DNA from: an uncultured Pelagibacteraceae bacterium
Lineage (GTDB): Bacteria > Pseudomonadota > Alphaproteobacteria > Pelagibacterales > AG-422-B15
Length of the DNA: 64,000 nt
NCBI GenBank assembly: GCA_902525575.1
Contig: CABZHU010000003.1
Coordinates: forward strand, 12,109-76,108
Reading direction: 5' to 3'
Every line of letters begins with the position of its first letter. The first letter of the stretch is position 1. Shown one piece after another: positions 42,666 through 53,015 of this stretch. The notes under the pieces are model-generated. The model made no database searches, was not told where the DNA came from, and was given only the letters and a program-made list of their open reading frames with translations. The position numbers and the translations under genes were made by a program.

Positions 42666-44123
42666 ATGTCTAACACATTTCAAATCCAGTCCAATAATAT
42701 TTCTTTAAAACAGCTTCCACACAATATGGAGGCTGAACAAGGATTGCTTGGTGCTATACTGATTAATAATGAAATATTCTATGATATAAGTGAAATTCTA
42801 AATTCAGAGCATTTCTATGAACCAGTGCATAAAATTATATTTGAAGTAATGAATAAAATGATTTCTAAAGGTCAGATTGCATCGCCAATTACTTTGCAGA
42901 GTTATTTCGAAATTGAAAAGAATCTAGAAGAAATAGGTGGATCAAATTATCTATTTAGACTGGCGAATTCAGCAGTTTCTTTGGAATATGCAAAAAGCTA
43001 TGCACAAATAATTTATGATATGGCTGTAAGAAGAGGACTTTATGAGCTTGGAGGCAAAGTCCAACATGATGCTATTGAAAGCGATATGGATGTGAAACCT
43101 GGAGATCTCATAGAAGATGCAGAAAAAAATCTTTATCAGATATCAGAAAAAGGAACTATAAAAAATAAGGTTCAGTCATTTAGAAGTTCAGTTGAAGAGG
43201 CTATAGAGCTTACAACAAAAGCATTTAAGAAAGATACAAGTGTAATTGGTCTGTCCTCAGGATTTAGAGATCTTGATGCTAAATTAGGAGGATTTCATTC
43301 TTCTGATTTAATTATAATTGCCGGAAGGCCGTCTATGGGGAAAACAGCGCTTGCAACAAATATGGCATTTAATATTGCAAAAGAGGCTCATAATAACAAT
43401 GACATGGACTCAAGTGTTTTATTCTTTTCACTCGAAATGTCATCAGAACAACTAGCCAGAAGAATTTTATCAGAAGAAGCAAGAATAAGCTCTAATGATA
43501 TGAGAAAAGGTGATTTATCAGAAAATGATCTAGATAATTTAGTATCTGTATCAAAAAAGATATTAGAGATACCTTTATTCATTGATGATACACCTGCAAT
43601 AAATATTGGAACACTTGCGTCAAGAGCAAGACGACTCAAGCGTAAGCATGGACTAGGCGCAATTGTCATTGATTATTTACAACTATTGAGGCCAAGTAAA
43701 ATATCAAGAAATGAGTCTCGAGTTCTTGAACTTTCAGAAATAACTCAAGGCCTTAAAGCTTTAGCAAAAGAAATGAATATTCCTGTTATAGCATTATCAC
43801 AATTATCTAGACAGGTTGAGCAAAGGGAAGATAAGAAGCCTTTATTATCAGATCTAAGAGAGTCAGGTTCTATCGAGCAAGACTCTGATGTAGTTATGTT
43901 TATTTATAGGGAAGAATACTATTTGGAAAAAAGTGAGCCTGCTCTCGGTACCGCAGATTACATTGAATGGCAGCAAAAAATGGATGAAATCCACGGTCAG
44001 GCAGAACTCCTCATATCAAAACAAAGACATGGACCAACTGGAAATATAAGACTAAGCTTTGAAAGTAAGTTTACAAAGTTTGGGAACTTTATTAGCAAAG
44101 ATCACTCAAACAATTATGAGTAA
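42666..44123 (+). CDS. dnaB: Replicative DNA helicase
   Basis: AGRPSMGKT, FSLEMS, DYLQL, LSQLSR, DLRESGSIEQD, KQRHGP; no intein. Confidence 0.97.
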   Translation: MSNTFQIQSNNISLKQLPHNMEAEQGLLGAILINNEIFYDISEILNSEHFYEPVHKIIFEVMNKMISKGQIASPITLQSYFEIEKNLEEIGGSNYLFRLANSAVSLEYAKSYAQIIYDMAVRRGLYELGGKVQHDAIESDMDVKPGDLIEDAEKNLYQISEKGTIKNKVQSFRSSVEEAIELTTKAFKKDTSVIGLSSGFRDLDAKLGGFHSSDLIIIAGRPSMGKTALATNMAFNIAKEAHNNNDMDSSVLFFSLEMSSEQLARRILSEEARISSNDMRKGDLSENDLDNLVSVSKKILEIPLFIDDTPAINIGTLASRARRLKRKHGLGAIVIDYLQLLRPSKISRNESRVLELSEITQGLKALAKEMNIPVIALSQLSRQVEQREDKKPLLSDLRESGSIEQDSDVVMFIYREEYYLEKSEPALGTADYIEWQQKMDEIHGQAELLISKQRHGPTGNIRLSFESKFTKFGNFISKDHSNNYE

Positions 44124-44134
44124 AGTCTTTCAAA

Positions 44135-45235
44135 ATGAAGAATGTTGATCAAAATACTTTTTTAGACATTGACTTAAAGTCACTTGGTGACAATTACTTA
44201 AAAATCAAAAAAAAAGTGAATAGAAATTGCATAGTTGCAGCAACTGTAAAATCAAATGCATATGGTCTTGGAGTTAAGAAAGTACTGCCCTCGCTAATTA
44301 GATCAAAATGTAAACATTTCTTTGTAGCTTCCACCGATGAAGCTGTCGAAATTAGAAAAATAAATAAGAAAGTAGAAGTGTATATTCTAAATGGTTTAGT
44401 TTTAGATAACTTAAATATAATAAGTAAATACAAATTAATACCTGTAATCAATAATTTGAAACAACTTAAGAAAATAGAGCGCTATCAAAGTAAATTTAAT
44501 AAAAAACTCAAGATTGCAATTCATTTTGATACAGGCATGTCGCGACTTGGTTTAGATAAAAATGAAACTATTAATTTAATTAAAAATAAATCAAGATTAA
44601 TTAAAAATTCAGATCTTGTTCTGATAATGAGCCACTTAGCTTGCGCTGATGATCCAAAAAATAAAAAAAATCAAACTCAATTAAAGGAATTTGATAAGAT
44701 AAGAATACATTTTCCAAGTTGTCTACACAGCATATCGAACTCTGGGGGAGTGTTGCTGGGGAGAAATTATAATCTTGATATGGTTAGGCCAGGAATATCT
44801 CTTTATGGTGGGAATTGTCAAATAAGAGAAAGAAAACATTACAAAAATGTGGTCTCTTTAAAGAGTAAATTGATTCAAACAAGGGAAATAAATAAAGGGG
44901 ATACCGTAGGCTATGGAGCAACATTTAAAGCAAGTAAAAAGATGAAAATTGGTACTTTTGCTATTGGTTATGGTGATGGATTCAGTAGACTCTTTTCAAA
45001 TAATTGTAAAATTTATTTAAATAATAAACGAATTAATTTGATTGGAAGAGTCTCAATGGACTTAGTAACAGTTGATTTGACAAATTTTATAAACTTAGAA
45101 CAAATAGCTAATAAAGAGTTTGAATTCATTGGAAATAAGAACCCTATTAATACAGTGTGTGAGAGCATAAATACAATACCATATGAGATTTTAACAAACC
45201 TAGGCAAAAGATACCAAAGAAGATATATTTCATAA
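44135..45235 (+). CDS. alr: Alanine racemase
   Basis: VKSNAYGLG PLP Lys, DTGMSRLG, VGYG, GYGDG, GRVSMD. Confidence 0.95.
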   Translation: MKNVDQNTFLDIDLKSLGDNYLKIKKKVNRNCIVAATVKSNAYGLGVKKVLPSLIRSKCKHFFVASTDEAVEIRKINKKVEVYILNGLVLDNLNIISKYKLIPVINNLKQLKKIERYQSKFNKKLKIAIHFDTGMSRLGLDKNETINLIKNKSRLIKNSDLVLIMSHLACADDPKNKKNQTQLKEFDKIRIHFPSCLHSISNSGGVLLGRNYNLDMVRPGISLYGGNCQIRERKHYKNVVSLKSKLIQTREINKGDTVGYGATFKASKKMKIGTFAIGYGDGFSRLFSNNCKIYLNNKRINLIGRVSMDLVTVDLTNFINLEQIANKEFEFIGNKNPINTVCESINTIPYEILTNLGKRYQRRYIS

Positions 45236-45238
45236 GTA

Positions 45239-47674
45239 ATGAAAAAAGTATTTTCGTCAGTTCTTGATAATTATTCAAAATTATCTTTGTTTCTACTTGT
45301 AGCAATTGCTTTTCTTTTCCTATTTAACTCAGATAATTTTCAACTTGACGCATCTTCTGATACTCTCATCTTAGAACAAGATGACGATTTAAAAAGATAT
45401 CAAGAGTTAATCAAGGACTATGATTCAAGTGACTTTTTAATTGTTACGTTCACGTCAAAACAGAAATTTATTAAAAAACAAAATCTTGATTTTTTAAATT
45501 CTTTTATTACAGAAATTGAAAATCTTTCATTTGTTGATTCAACTCAATCAATTTTTGACGCACCATTATTAGAGATTAATAATCAATCTTTATCAGATCT
45601 AGTAAATGAAATAATTACAATTAAATCACCACAAGTAAATATTGCTGATGCTGAGATAGAATTGCTTAATAGTCCAATTTTCAAAAACTTGATTATTAGT
45701 GAAGATGCGACCACTACAGGCTTGCTAATTAATCTAAAAAAGAATCTTGATTTCGATACAATAGTAAATGAAAGAATAAGGCTTAATGAGTTAGTTAAAA
45801 TAAACGATGCTGAGCGTGAACTTTTATCTCAACTAGACGTCAAATATGAAATTGAAAAAAAGAAACAGGATAAGGAGAGAGAAAATAATATTTTAATTAT
45901 CAGAACAATAATTGAGCAATTCAAAGATAAGGATATTAAAATTCATCTAGGAGGAGTTTCAATGATTGCAAATGATACTATCTTATTCGTAAAAAATGAT
46001 ATTATTATTTTCGGTATTGGAGCCTTTATTTTTATATTAATTGTGCTCTATCTTGTTTTTAGAAGCCCTTTGTGGATGATTGCATGTATAGCTAATTGTA
46101 TATTCATTTTAATCACTATGATCGGGTCTATTTCGCTACTTGGGTGGAAAGTAACTGTTATTTCATCAAACTTTATCATGCTTATTTTGATCTTATCTTT
46201 ATCAATGACCGTACATATAGTTGTAAGGTATCGGCAAATAAGTTTAGAGAAGGAAAAATCTACAATTAATCAAAATATTATACGTGCACTTGAAAAAATG
46301 TATAAGCCTTGTCTGTTTGCAGCTCTAACAACTATTTTCGCATTTGGATCGCTTTATACAAGTGGAATTAAACCAGTTATGGATTTTGGCCTAATGATGT
46401 GCATGGGTCTAACTATCACATATGTATCCAGCTTTATTTTCTTACCAATTTTGATATCAGTCTTAAATTTAAAAAGTACTGCTTTATTGAATAAAAATAA
46501 TAGTAAAGATGTATTTTCTGTCTTATCGATCAAATTCCCAGTATCGACGTTATTATTTTTTACATCTTTGTTTGCTACTGGCATATATGGAGCAAGTACT
46601 CTTAAAGTAGAAAATAGTTTTGTGAATTACTTTAAAGAAGATACTGAAATATACAAAGGAATGAAATTGATTGACGAACAGTTGGGTGGAACTACTCCCT
46701 TGGATATCATTATTCAATTCAAAGATGGGTCAAATGATGATTTGTCTTTTGAAGAGGAAGATTTTATGGATTTCGGAATTGATTATGATCCTTCAGACTA
46801 CTGGTTTACTAAAGAAAAAATTGACAATGTTAAGAGTATTCACGACTATCTAGAAACGTATGATTTTGTAGGTAAAGTACTTTCATTGGCATCCATTATA
46901 AGAACTGCTGAAAAACTTAATTCAAATGAAGAATTTGATACTCTTGAACTCTCAGTTTTATATAAAAAATTACCACAAGATATTAAAGATCAAATTTTAA
47001 AACCCTATGTGTTGATAGATAAAAATCAGGCAAGAATATCTCTACGTGTAATCGATACTCATCCTGAGTTAAAAAGAGCAAATTTCGTTAATGAGCTTAG
47101 AGAACATTTGGAGTCAAATTATAACAATCAAAATATTGAGGTAAGTCTTACTGGAATACTAATTTTGTATAATAACATGCTGCAAAGCCTTTTTGACTCT
47201 CAAATTAAATCTTTAGGAATTGTTTTAATGGGAATATTTATAATATTAATTATTTTATTCAGATCATTTAAAATAGCTTTAGCTGCTTTGATACCGAATT
47301 TAGTCGCCTGTTTTGTTATATTGGGAACTATGGGATTATTGAATATACCCCTAGATTTGATGACAATTACGATTGCCTCAATTACGATCGGAATAGCGGT
47401 AGATAATTGCATACATTATGTTTATAGGTATCGTGAATATATTGCGATATCCGGATCACACACAGATGCGGTCAATAACTGCCAGAAAACAGTTAGTACT
47501 GCAATCAAAAATACTTCAGTGACTATTATGGCAGGTTTCTCAATTTTGGTATTTTCTAATTTTTACCCTACAATTTATTTTGGAGCATTTACAGCACTTG
47601 CAATGTTTATTGCTTTAGTTGGAAGTCTTACTATCTTGCCAATATTACTCGGATATTTTAATAAAAATTCATAG
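45239..47674 (+). CDS. MMPL/RND-superfamily transporter
   Basis: Two repeats of TM + periplasmic domain + TM bundle, GIAVDNCIHY motif. Confidence 0.85.
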   Translation: MKKVFSSVLDNYSKLSLFLLVAIAFLFLFNSDNFQLDASSDTLILEQDDDLKRYQELIKDYDSSDFLIVTFTSKQKFIKKQNLDFLNSFITEIENLSFVDSTQSIFDAPLLEINNQSLSDLVNEIITIKSPQVNIADAEIELLNSPIFKNLIISEDATTTGLLINLKKNLDFDTIVNERIRLNELVKINDAERELLSQLDVKYEIEKKKQDKERENNILIIRTIIEQFKDKDIKIHLGGVSMIANDTILFVKNDIIIFGIGAFIFILIVLYLVFRSPLWMIACIANCIFILITMIGSISLLGWKVTVISSNFIMLILILSLSMTVHIVVRYRQISLEKEKSTINQNIIRALEKMYKPCLFAALTTIFAFGSLYTSGIKPVMDFGLMMCMGLTITYVSSFIFLPILISVLNLKSTALLNKNNSKDVFSVLSIKFPVSTLLFFTSLFATGIYGASTLKVENSFVNYFKEDTEIYKGMKLIDEQLGGTTPLDIIIQFKDGSNDDLSFEEEDFMDFGIDYDPSDYWFTKEKIDNVKSIHDYLETYDFVGKVLSLASIIRTAEKLNSNEEFDTLELSVLYKKLPQDIKDQILKPYVLIDKNQARISLRVIDTHPELKRANFVNELREHLESNYNNQNIEVSLTGILILYNNMLQSLFDSQIKSLGIVLMGIFIILIILFRSFKIALAALIPNLVACFVILGTMGLLNIPLDLMTITIASITIGIAVDNCIHYVYRYREYIAISGSHTDAVNNCQKTVSTAIKNTSVTIMAGFSILVFSNFYPTIYFGAFTALAMFIALVGSLTILPILLGYFNKNS

Positions 47675-47675
47675 G

Positions 47676-48191
47676 ATGAACGAACTTAATTATTCTCAAT
47701 TTCTCAATGCTTTTGACATTACTTTCCTAATCATTTGCCTAATATCATTTTTTTTTGGTATTAAAAATGGATTATTAAAAAGTTTTTTTAATTTAATCAA
47801 ATGGATACTAATATTTTTTATACTTAAAAATTGTTTTGCCTTATTAAGGCCAATTGCAGATCAATATATTACTAATGAAACTTTATCTGATGTAATAATA
47901 TTTCTAATAACCCTCATAACCTCATATATATTTATTTCATTCTTACTGAGACTTTTTATAGGTTTTTTACAACCTAAAAAAAAGGGGCTTGTTGATATGG
48001 GGTTTGGAGGGGTCCTGGGCATTTTCAGGGGGTATATTGTAGTTGTGATAACTTTGTTTTTTATAAATCAGAATATATCTTCCAGCTTATTAAGTGACTT
48101 TATGACTAGCAGCTCATTTGCTGAAATGGTAAATATCGGAGTGGATTTTTTTGAACATATTCCAAGAAATTTAGACGAAATAGGTATTTAA
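47676..48191 (+). CDS. cvpA: CvpA-family membrane protein
   Basis: GIKNGLLKS...D-x2-FGGVLGIFRG pattern, four TM segments. Confidence 0.8.
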   Translation: MNELNYSQFLNAFDITFLIICLISFFFGIKNGLLKSFFNLIKWILIFFILKNCFALLRPIADQYITNETLSDVIIFLITLITSYIFISFLLRLFIGFLQPKKKGLVDMGFGGVLGIFRGYIVVVITLFFINQNISSSLLSDFMTSSSFAEMVNIGVDFFEHIPRNLDEIGI

Positions 48192-48193
48192 AC

Positions 48194-48883
48194 ATGAGAA
48201 ATCTAAATTGTCTTATTACAGGCGCCTCATCTGGAATTGGGGCAAGTATTGCTCAGGAGTTATCAAAGTCAGTTAAACACATATATATTTTGTCACGCAA
48301 TACATCTAAATTAGAAGAGATAAATGATAAGATAATTTCAAATGGATGTGAATGTACAATTGTTCCAATTGATTTATGTGAGCCTAATGTAATAGAAAAT
48401 CTTTCTGAAGCAATTTTTAAAAAAGATAGATATTTAGATATTATTGTTTCAACTGCTGGTCAAATTACTAAATTATCGCCTGTAGAGTCAATTGATTTAG
48501 ATGAATTCAATGAAACTATCAAGTTAAACTATATTTCTAATTTTAGAATTATGAAACATTTTCATCCTTTGTTGAAAAATTCTAAGAAATCTAACTTTGT
48601 TATTATTTCCTCAATAAAAGATGAAATGAAGTCCCAATATTGGGGCATATATCAACCAATTATGACAGCGTTAAATGAATTAGTTATAAGTTTTGCCAAT
48701 GAAAATAAAGGTACCTCTATAAATGCTAATATTATATATCCGGGTGCAGTAAATACTAAATTTCGAGAAAATATCATGCCTGGTGAGAATAAAAAGAAAA
48801 TAAAAAATCCTATCGACGTAGCAAGAACGGTTGTAAATTTCTTACTATCAAATGAAAAAAGTGGCGAGATTATTAAGCTTTAG
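48194..48883 (+). CDS. Short-chain dehydrogenase/reductase (atypical active site)
   Basis: TGASSGIG Rossmann motif, PGAVNT; YQPIM in place of YxxxK. Confidence 0.8.
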   Translation: MRNLNCLITGASSGIGASIAQELSKSVKHIYILSRNTSKLEEINDKIISNGCECTIVPIDLCEPNVIENLSEAIFKKDRYLDIIVSTAGQITKLSPVESIDLDEFNETIKLNYISNFRIMKHFHPLLKNSKKSNFVIISSIKDEMKSQYWGIYQPIMTALNELVISFANENKGTSINANIIYPGAVNTKFRENIMPGENKKKIKNPIDVARTVVNFLLSNEKSGEIIKL

Positions 48884-49701
48884 TCTGAATAGGGATTATT
48901 AGAGCTTATAAATTGATAAGAAATGGGCACTCCTTTTATTTTAAAAAAATCCCTAAATGCATTATCAAAGAATCTTTGAAATATAAGGGGCGCTTTCCTT
49001 TTTGAATTAATAAAGACCTTAAAAAGTGGAGTACCAGTCTTTACTTGTACAATATACTTAGGCTTGATTTCTCTTTTTTTAATTTTTGGATATTTTGATT
49101 GTTTATTTAAATAATTAAGAAATTTATTTAGATTGGTTTTTGTGATTTCAATGTGGACAAGTTTATTTTTGTTGATAATTTCTTTTATGAAACTCTTAAT
49201 TCTAATATTTTTCTTTGCAGAAATGAAATCAGTATTTATCATTTGGTATTGACTATAATTATTACTTAAATATTTATCGATCTTATATTCAAATTTCTTA
49301 CCTTCATCAATAAGGTCCATCTTATTAAACAAAAAAAATATTATCTTTTTTTTTATTATTGCTAAATCAGCCAGCCTAAAGTCTTGCTTGGATATATTTT
49401 CAACTGAATCTATGAGCAAAATTACTACGTCAACCTTATCAACAAGCCTTATGACTTCCTTGTTTCTCTTTTTTTCATCCAGATCACTTATCTTACTTTT
49501 TCTTCTCAATCCTGGTGTGTCAAAAATCGTAAAATCGTGACTATATAATGTAAATTTATCTCTAAATAAATTCTTTGTAAGTCCATATTCGTCACCAACT
49601 GGAGAAATACTATCTTCAAGTAAACAATTAAATAAAGTCGATTTACCTGAATTTGGTTTACCAATAATACAAAAATTTATTTTATTCAAAATAGAAGACA
49701 T
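48880..49701 (-). CDS. der: Der/EngA-like GTPase with a single G domain plus KH-like domain
   Basis: GKPNSGKS, DTPGLRRKSK, NKMD, SAK, then KH-like PKYIVQ...FKIKGVPI; directly downstream of bamB. Confidence 0.75.
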   Translation of the reverse strand: MSSILNKINFCIIGKPNSGKSTLFNCLLEDSISPVGDEYGLTKNLFRDKFTLYSHDFTIFDTPGLRRKSKISDLDEKKRNKEVIRLVDKVDVVILLIDSVENISKQDFRLADLAIIKKKIIFFLFNKMDLIDEGKKFEYKIDKYLSNNYSQYQMINTDFISAKKNIRIKSFIKEIINKNKLVHIEITKTNLNKFLNYLNKQSKYPKIKKREIKPKYIVQVKTGTPLFKVFINSKRKAPLIFQRFFDNAFRDFFKIKGVPISYQFISSNNPYSD

Positions 49702-50980
49702 TGGAATTTTCATCCATTAAAAATACCGCATTACTTAATATTACTGGCGGCATTATAATGCCTTTAACTCCTAAACTATCAGAGGATAAAACTTCTCCTG
49801 TCATTGGTGATACAATTTTTAACTCTCCAAAGTAAGAAATATTATATAATAAATTATTTATTAAATAAGGACCTAGCCACAAATTCAGATCCTTTGCTTT
49901 CTGACCTTTTTTAAATTTGTTAAGCTCTGTAATCCAAAAAACTTCACCAGTATTTTTATTTAAACAGATAAGTTTTCCGTCTTCATCAATGACGTATATT
50001 TGACCTCCTGAAATAATTGGTGTCCTGTATCCCGATAGATCAATTGACCAATTCCTTTTTCCATTAATAACATTGGTCGATATCAATTTGCCATTAGTGC
50101 TAACAGAAAAAAGTGTATTATTTGTCAATACTGGACTAGCTGAAATGTCTTTAATATCAAAATTACTTAATAATGAGATTTTTGAGACATTTTCTGACCA
50201 CAAAGGTCTGCCAGTATCATTTGTAAAGGCTACTAGTTCACCATTACTAAAAGGAGCTATTATCATATTCTCAAAAGCTATTGGGGATGCTGTTATAAGA
50301 CTCTTTTTATCTTCTGCTACTGTTTGAAATGACCACTCTATTTCACCAGTTTCTAGAGCAAGTGAGAATAATCGATTATCTGAAGATATAAATAAAATTT
50401 GATTTCTATAAATTAGTGGCGGAGATAATATAGGAAATTCAATTTTTTTTTCCCATATTTTACTTCCATCATTAGAGTCAATAAGCAAAATTTGCCCATA
50501 AGCATCAACTAGAACTATTTTATTATCGAAATAAGCAAGTCCGCCCCTTATAACCTCATACTTTTTATTGCCATCAATTTTAATATCAATTGAAAATATT
50601 TTTTCATTACTTTTATAGTTTTTGCATTCTAAGAAGCCCTTAGGTAAAATGTAGCAAATTGTATCATTAAAATAAACTGGCTGAATAATATTTAAAGCTC
50701 CTCTAGTTCCAGAAACAATTTTTGTCTTTTCTTTAATAGCAGACAAAGAAAATATATTATTCAAATTATTTCTAGGATTTTGAAAATGCTGCGACCAATA
50801 ATTTATTTCCTTCGGGCTATCAATTCTTATATCTTCTATATTTAGACCTAGAGTTTCTGAAATCTCTGCGTCATAAGATAATATAGAAAAACTATTATTT
50901 TCTTTCTCTATTATTTCATTTTTTGTACAACCAGATATTACAAATATTGATAGTAAAATAATATATAAAGTATTTCTCAT
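49682..50980 (-). CDS. bamB: PQQ-like beta-propeller lipoprotein (BamB-like)
   Basis: Lipobox ISGC, repeated G-x3-W propeller blades; TPR-bamB-der synteny. Confidence 0.8.
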   Translation of the reverse strand: MRNTLYIILLSIFVISGCTKNEIIEKENNSFSILSYDAEISETLGLNIEDIRIDSPKEINYWSQHFQNPRNNLNNIFSLSAIKEKTKIVSGTRGALNIIQPVYFNDTICYILPKGFLECKNYKSNEKIFSIDIKIDGNKKYEVIRGGLAYFDNKIVLVDAYGQILLIDSNDGSKIWEKKIEFPILSPPLIYRNQILFISSDNRLFSLALETGEIEWSFQTVAEDKKSLITASPIAFENMIIAPFSNGELVAFTNDTGRPLWSENVSKISLLSNFDIKDISASPVLTNNTLFSVSTNGKLISTNVINGKRNWSIDLSGYRTPIISGGQIYVIDEDGKLICLNKNTGEVFWITELNKFKKGQKAKDLNLWLGPYLINNLLYNISYFGELKIVSPMTGEVLSSDSLGVKGIIMPPVILSNAVFLMDENSNVFYFE

Positions 50981-50981
50981 G

Positions 50982-51614
50982 CTACTTAATTGTATCTAAA
51001 AATTTAGCCGCTCTAATAACAATATCTTTTGGAGTATCTTCATCACTAATTAATTCATTAAAATTTTCTTTAGATATTTTAATATTGCCTACTAATAAAT
51101 TTTTAATAGCGATAGTTTCTTTAAAAAGATATTTATAAGTACTTTCCTCTAATTTATCACTGGTCAGATATTTATTTAATTCATCCATCGATATATCATT
51201 TAAACTGCTCATTAAATAAAAATAGATAGCGAGGTCAGTCAGGACAGTATCTACTTTACCTTCATTCATAATTTCTAAAAGCTTAGCTTTGCTTTCTTGC
51301 ATTTTTCCATTCTCCATCAATAATGTTGCAATTTTAATTTGAGCTATACCAGAAATAAGTAATTGATTTGAATTTTCAATTTTACCTAGATTTTCAATTG
51401 TTTGATTAAAATCTACCAAATCTGTAGTACTTAAATATTTTTCTACTTCATCTTCATAAAATGACTGATTTATCCCTTTATTAAGTTGATAACCAAGCAC
51501 TGAACCAATTAATAATATTAAACCTCCGATTATATATATGCGATAACGTCTCCACAAATTCAATAAACGATCCTGTCTCAATTCCTCATCAACTTGCCTT
51601 AAAATGTCTGACAT
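50982..51614 (-). CDS. YfgM-like TPR membrane-anchored protein
   Basis: MSDILRQVDEELRQDRL...WRRY + TM; upstream of bamB. Confidence 0.8.
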   Translation of the reverse strand: MSDILRQVDEELRQDRLLNLWRRYRIYIIGGLILLIGSVLGYQLNKGINQSFYEDEVEKYLSTTDLVDFNQTIENLGKIENSNQLLISGIAQIKIATLLMENGKMQESKAKLLEIMNEGKVDTVLTDLAIYFYLMSSLNDISMDELNKYLTSDKLEESTYKYLFKETIAIKNLLVGNIKISKENFNELISDEDTPKDIVIRAAKFLDTIK

Positions 51615-52441
51615 TAATCTTCTTCACCTTTTCTAACGATTTGAGGTTTCATGGCATAAGTATGTTCATTGCCTGGAAACTCTCTATTTCTCACCTCACG
51701 TGCGTATTGATGTGCTGCCTTCTTTATTAAACTATCTAAATTGGCATATTTTTTAACAAATTTTGGAGCAATATTAGTTAAGCCTAACATATCTTCCGTT
51801 ACTAAAACTTGGCCATCGCATTCAGGCGAGGCACCTATGCCAATCGTGGGTATCGAAATTTTAGATGTAATCTCAGCAGCCAAAGGTTCTGCCATGCCTT
51901 CCAATACTACCGAAAATGCTCCAGCCTCTTCAATTGCAATTGCATCATCAATATATTTACCCCAATCAAATTTATTTCTTCCTTTAACTTTGTAGCCGCC
52001 ATCTATGAGGACACTTTGAGGCTGAAGACCAATATGCCCCATTACTGGGATTGAGCGATCGGTTAAATATTTTACAGTTTCAAACATATTTCTTCCACCC
52101 TCAAGCTTTACTCCGTTACAGTTTGTTTCCTTCATTACTCTTGCAGCATTCATAAAAGCTTTATCAACAGACTCCTCATAAGTGCCAAAAGGCATATCGA
52201 CTATGATGCAAGACTGTTTTGTTGCATTAACAACTGATTTTGAATGCTCTATCATCTGAAAGAGTGTTACCGGTAATGTATTTTGATAGTCATAAAGAAC
52301 CATGCCAAGTGAATCACCTACTAATAAAAGATCGCCACAATCATCGATAGATCGTGCAATTGGGGAAGTGTACGCCGTTAAGCAAACTATGGGGGTTTTC
52401 CCCTTTTGGTTTTTGATATCAATTACAGATTTACGTTTCAT
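51614..52441 (-). CDS. panB: 3-methyl-2-oxobutanoate hydroxymethyltransferase
   Basis: LTAY, LVGDSLGMV, DMPFG, VKLEGG, GHIGLQPQ. Confidence 0.96.
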   Translation of the reverse strand: MKRKSVIDIKNQKGKTPIVCLTAYTSPIARSIDDCGDLLLVGDSLGMVLYDYQNTLPVTLFQMIEHSKSVVNATKQSCIIVDMPFGTYEESVDKAFMNAARVMKETNCNGVKLEGGRNMFETVKYLTDRSIPVMGHIGLQPQSVLIDGGYKVKGRNKFDWGKYIDDAIAIEEAGAFSVVLEGMAEPLAAEITSKISIPTIGIGASPECDGQVLVTEDMLGLTNIAPKFVKKYANLDSLIKKAAHQYAREVRNREFPGNEHTYAMKPQIVRKGEED

Positions 52442-52496
52442 CCAGCGGTTTATACTTTAGAAATAAGAAAATTTCTATAAAAAGCTATATAACCGT

Positions 52497-53015
52497 CTAT
52501 TTTCGCCTAACATTAGGGATTACTTCTTCTTGATACCCTTCATTGAAAGAGTCAGAGTCTCCATAAATTTCTTCTTCAAACCACTTAATAAACTCATCTG
52601 ACTTTACCCCTTTCCAATATTTCCATGATGATTGTGCTATAGGCGCTTTCATAACTCCAAGTTTTAGCATATGCATTCTCATCTTTAAATGCGACTCGTC
52701 AACAAAGCCTTTATCAACTTTTTCGTAGGTATCAAATATATCCACCAATAATGTATTTATAAAAATAGCGACTCGCCATTTGTCTGAGTCCTCTAGGTCA
52801 CCTGTGGCCCAATCTTTTGCTAAAAAATTACTAAACTCCTTATCTTTCGCTGTATTAAAATATCTTTCATACATTCGTTGTGTAAGAGAATGTCCAAATT
52901 GAGCTTTAGTAATTTCATTTTGTTGATGAATTTGTAATCCCAAATAAATAACTGAGACGAGCACACCAAATGCCGCTACCATTTGTACAATAAGAAGAAT
53001 AGTGTCTGTATTCAT
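52497..53015 (-). CDS. Hypothetical protein with N-terminal TM helix, coupled to photolyase
   Basis: 172-aa ORF; ATG overlaps the photolyase stop (TAATG); GVLVSVIYLGLQI TM segment. Confidence 0.75.
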   Translation of the reverse strand: MNTDTILLIVQMVAAFGVLVSVIYLGLQIHQQNEITKAQFGHSLTQRMYERYFNTAKDKEFSNFLAKDWATGDLEDSDKWRVAIFINTLLVDIFDTYEKVDKGFVDESHLKMRMHMLKLGVMKAPIAQSSWKYWKGVKSDEFIKWFEEEIYGDSDSFNEGYQEEVIPNVRRK

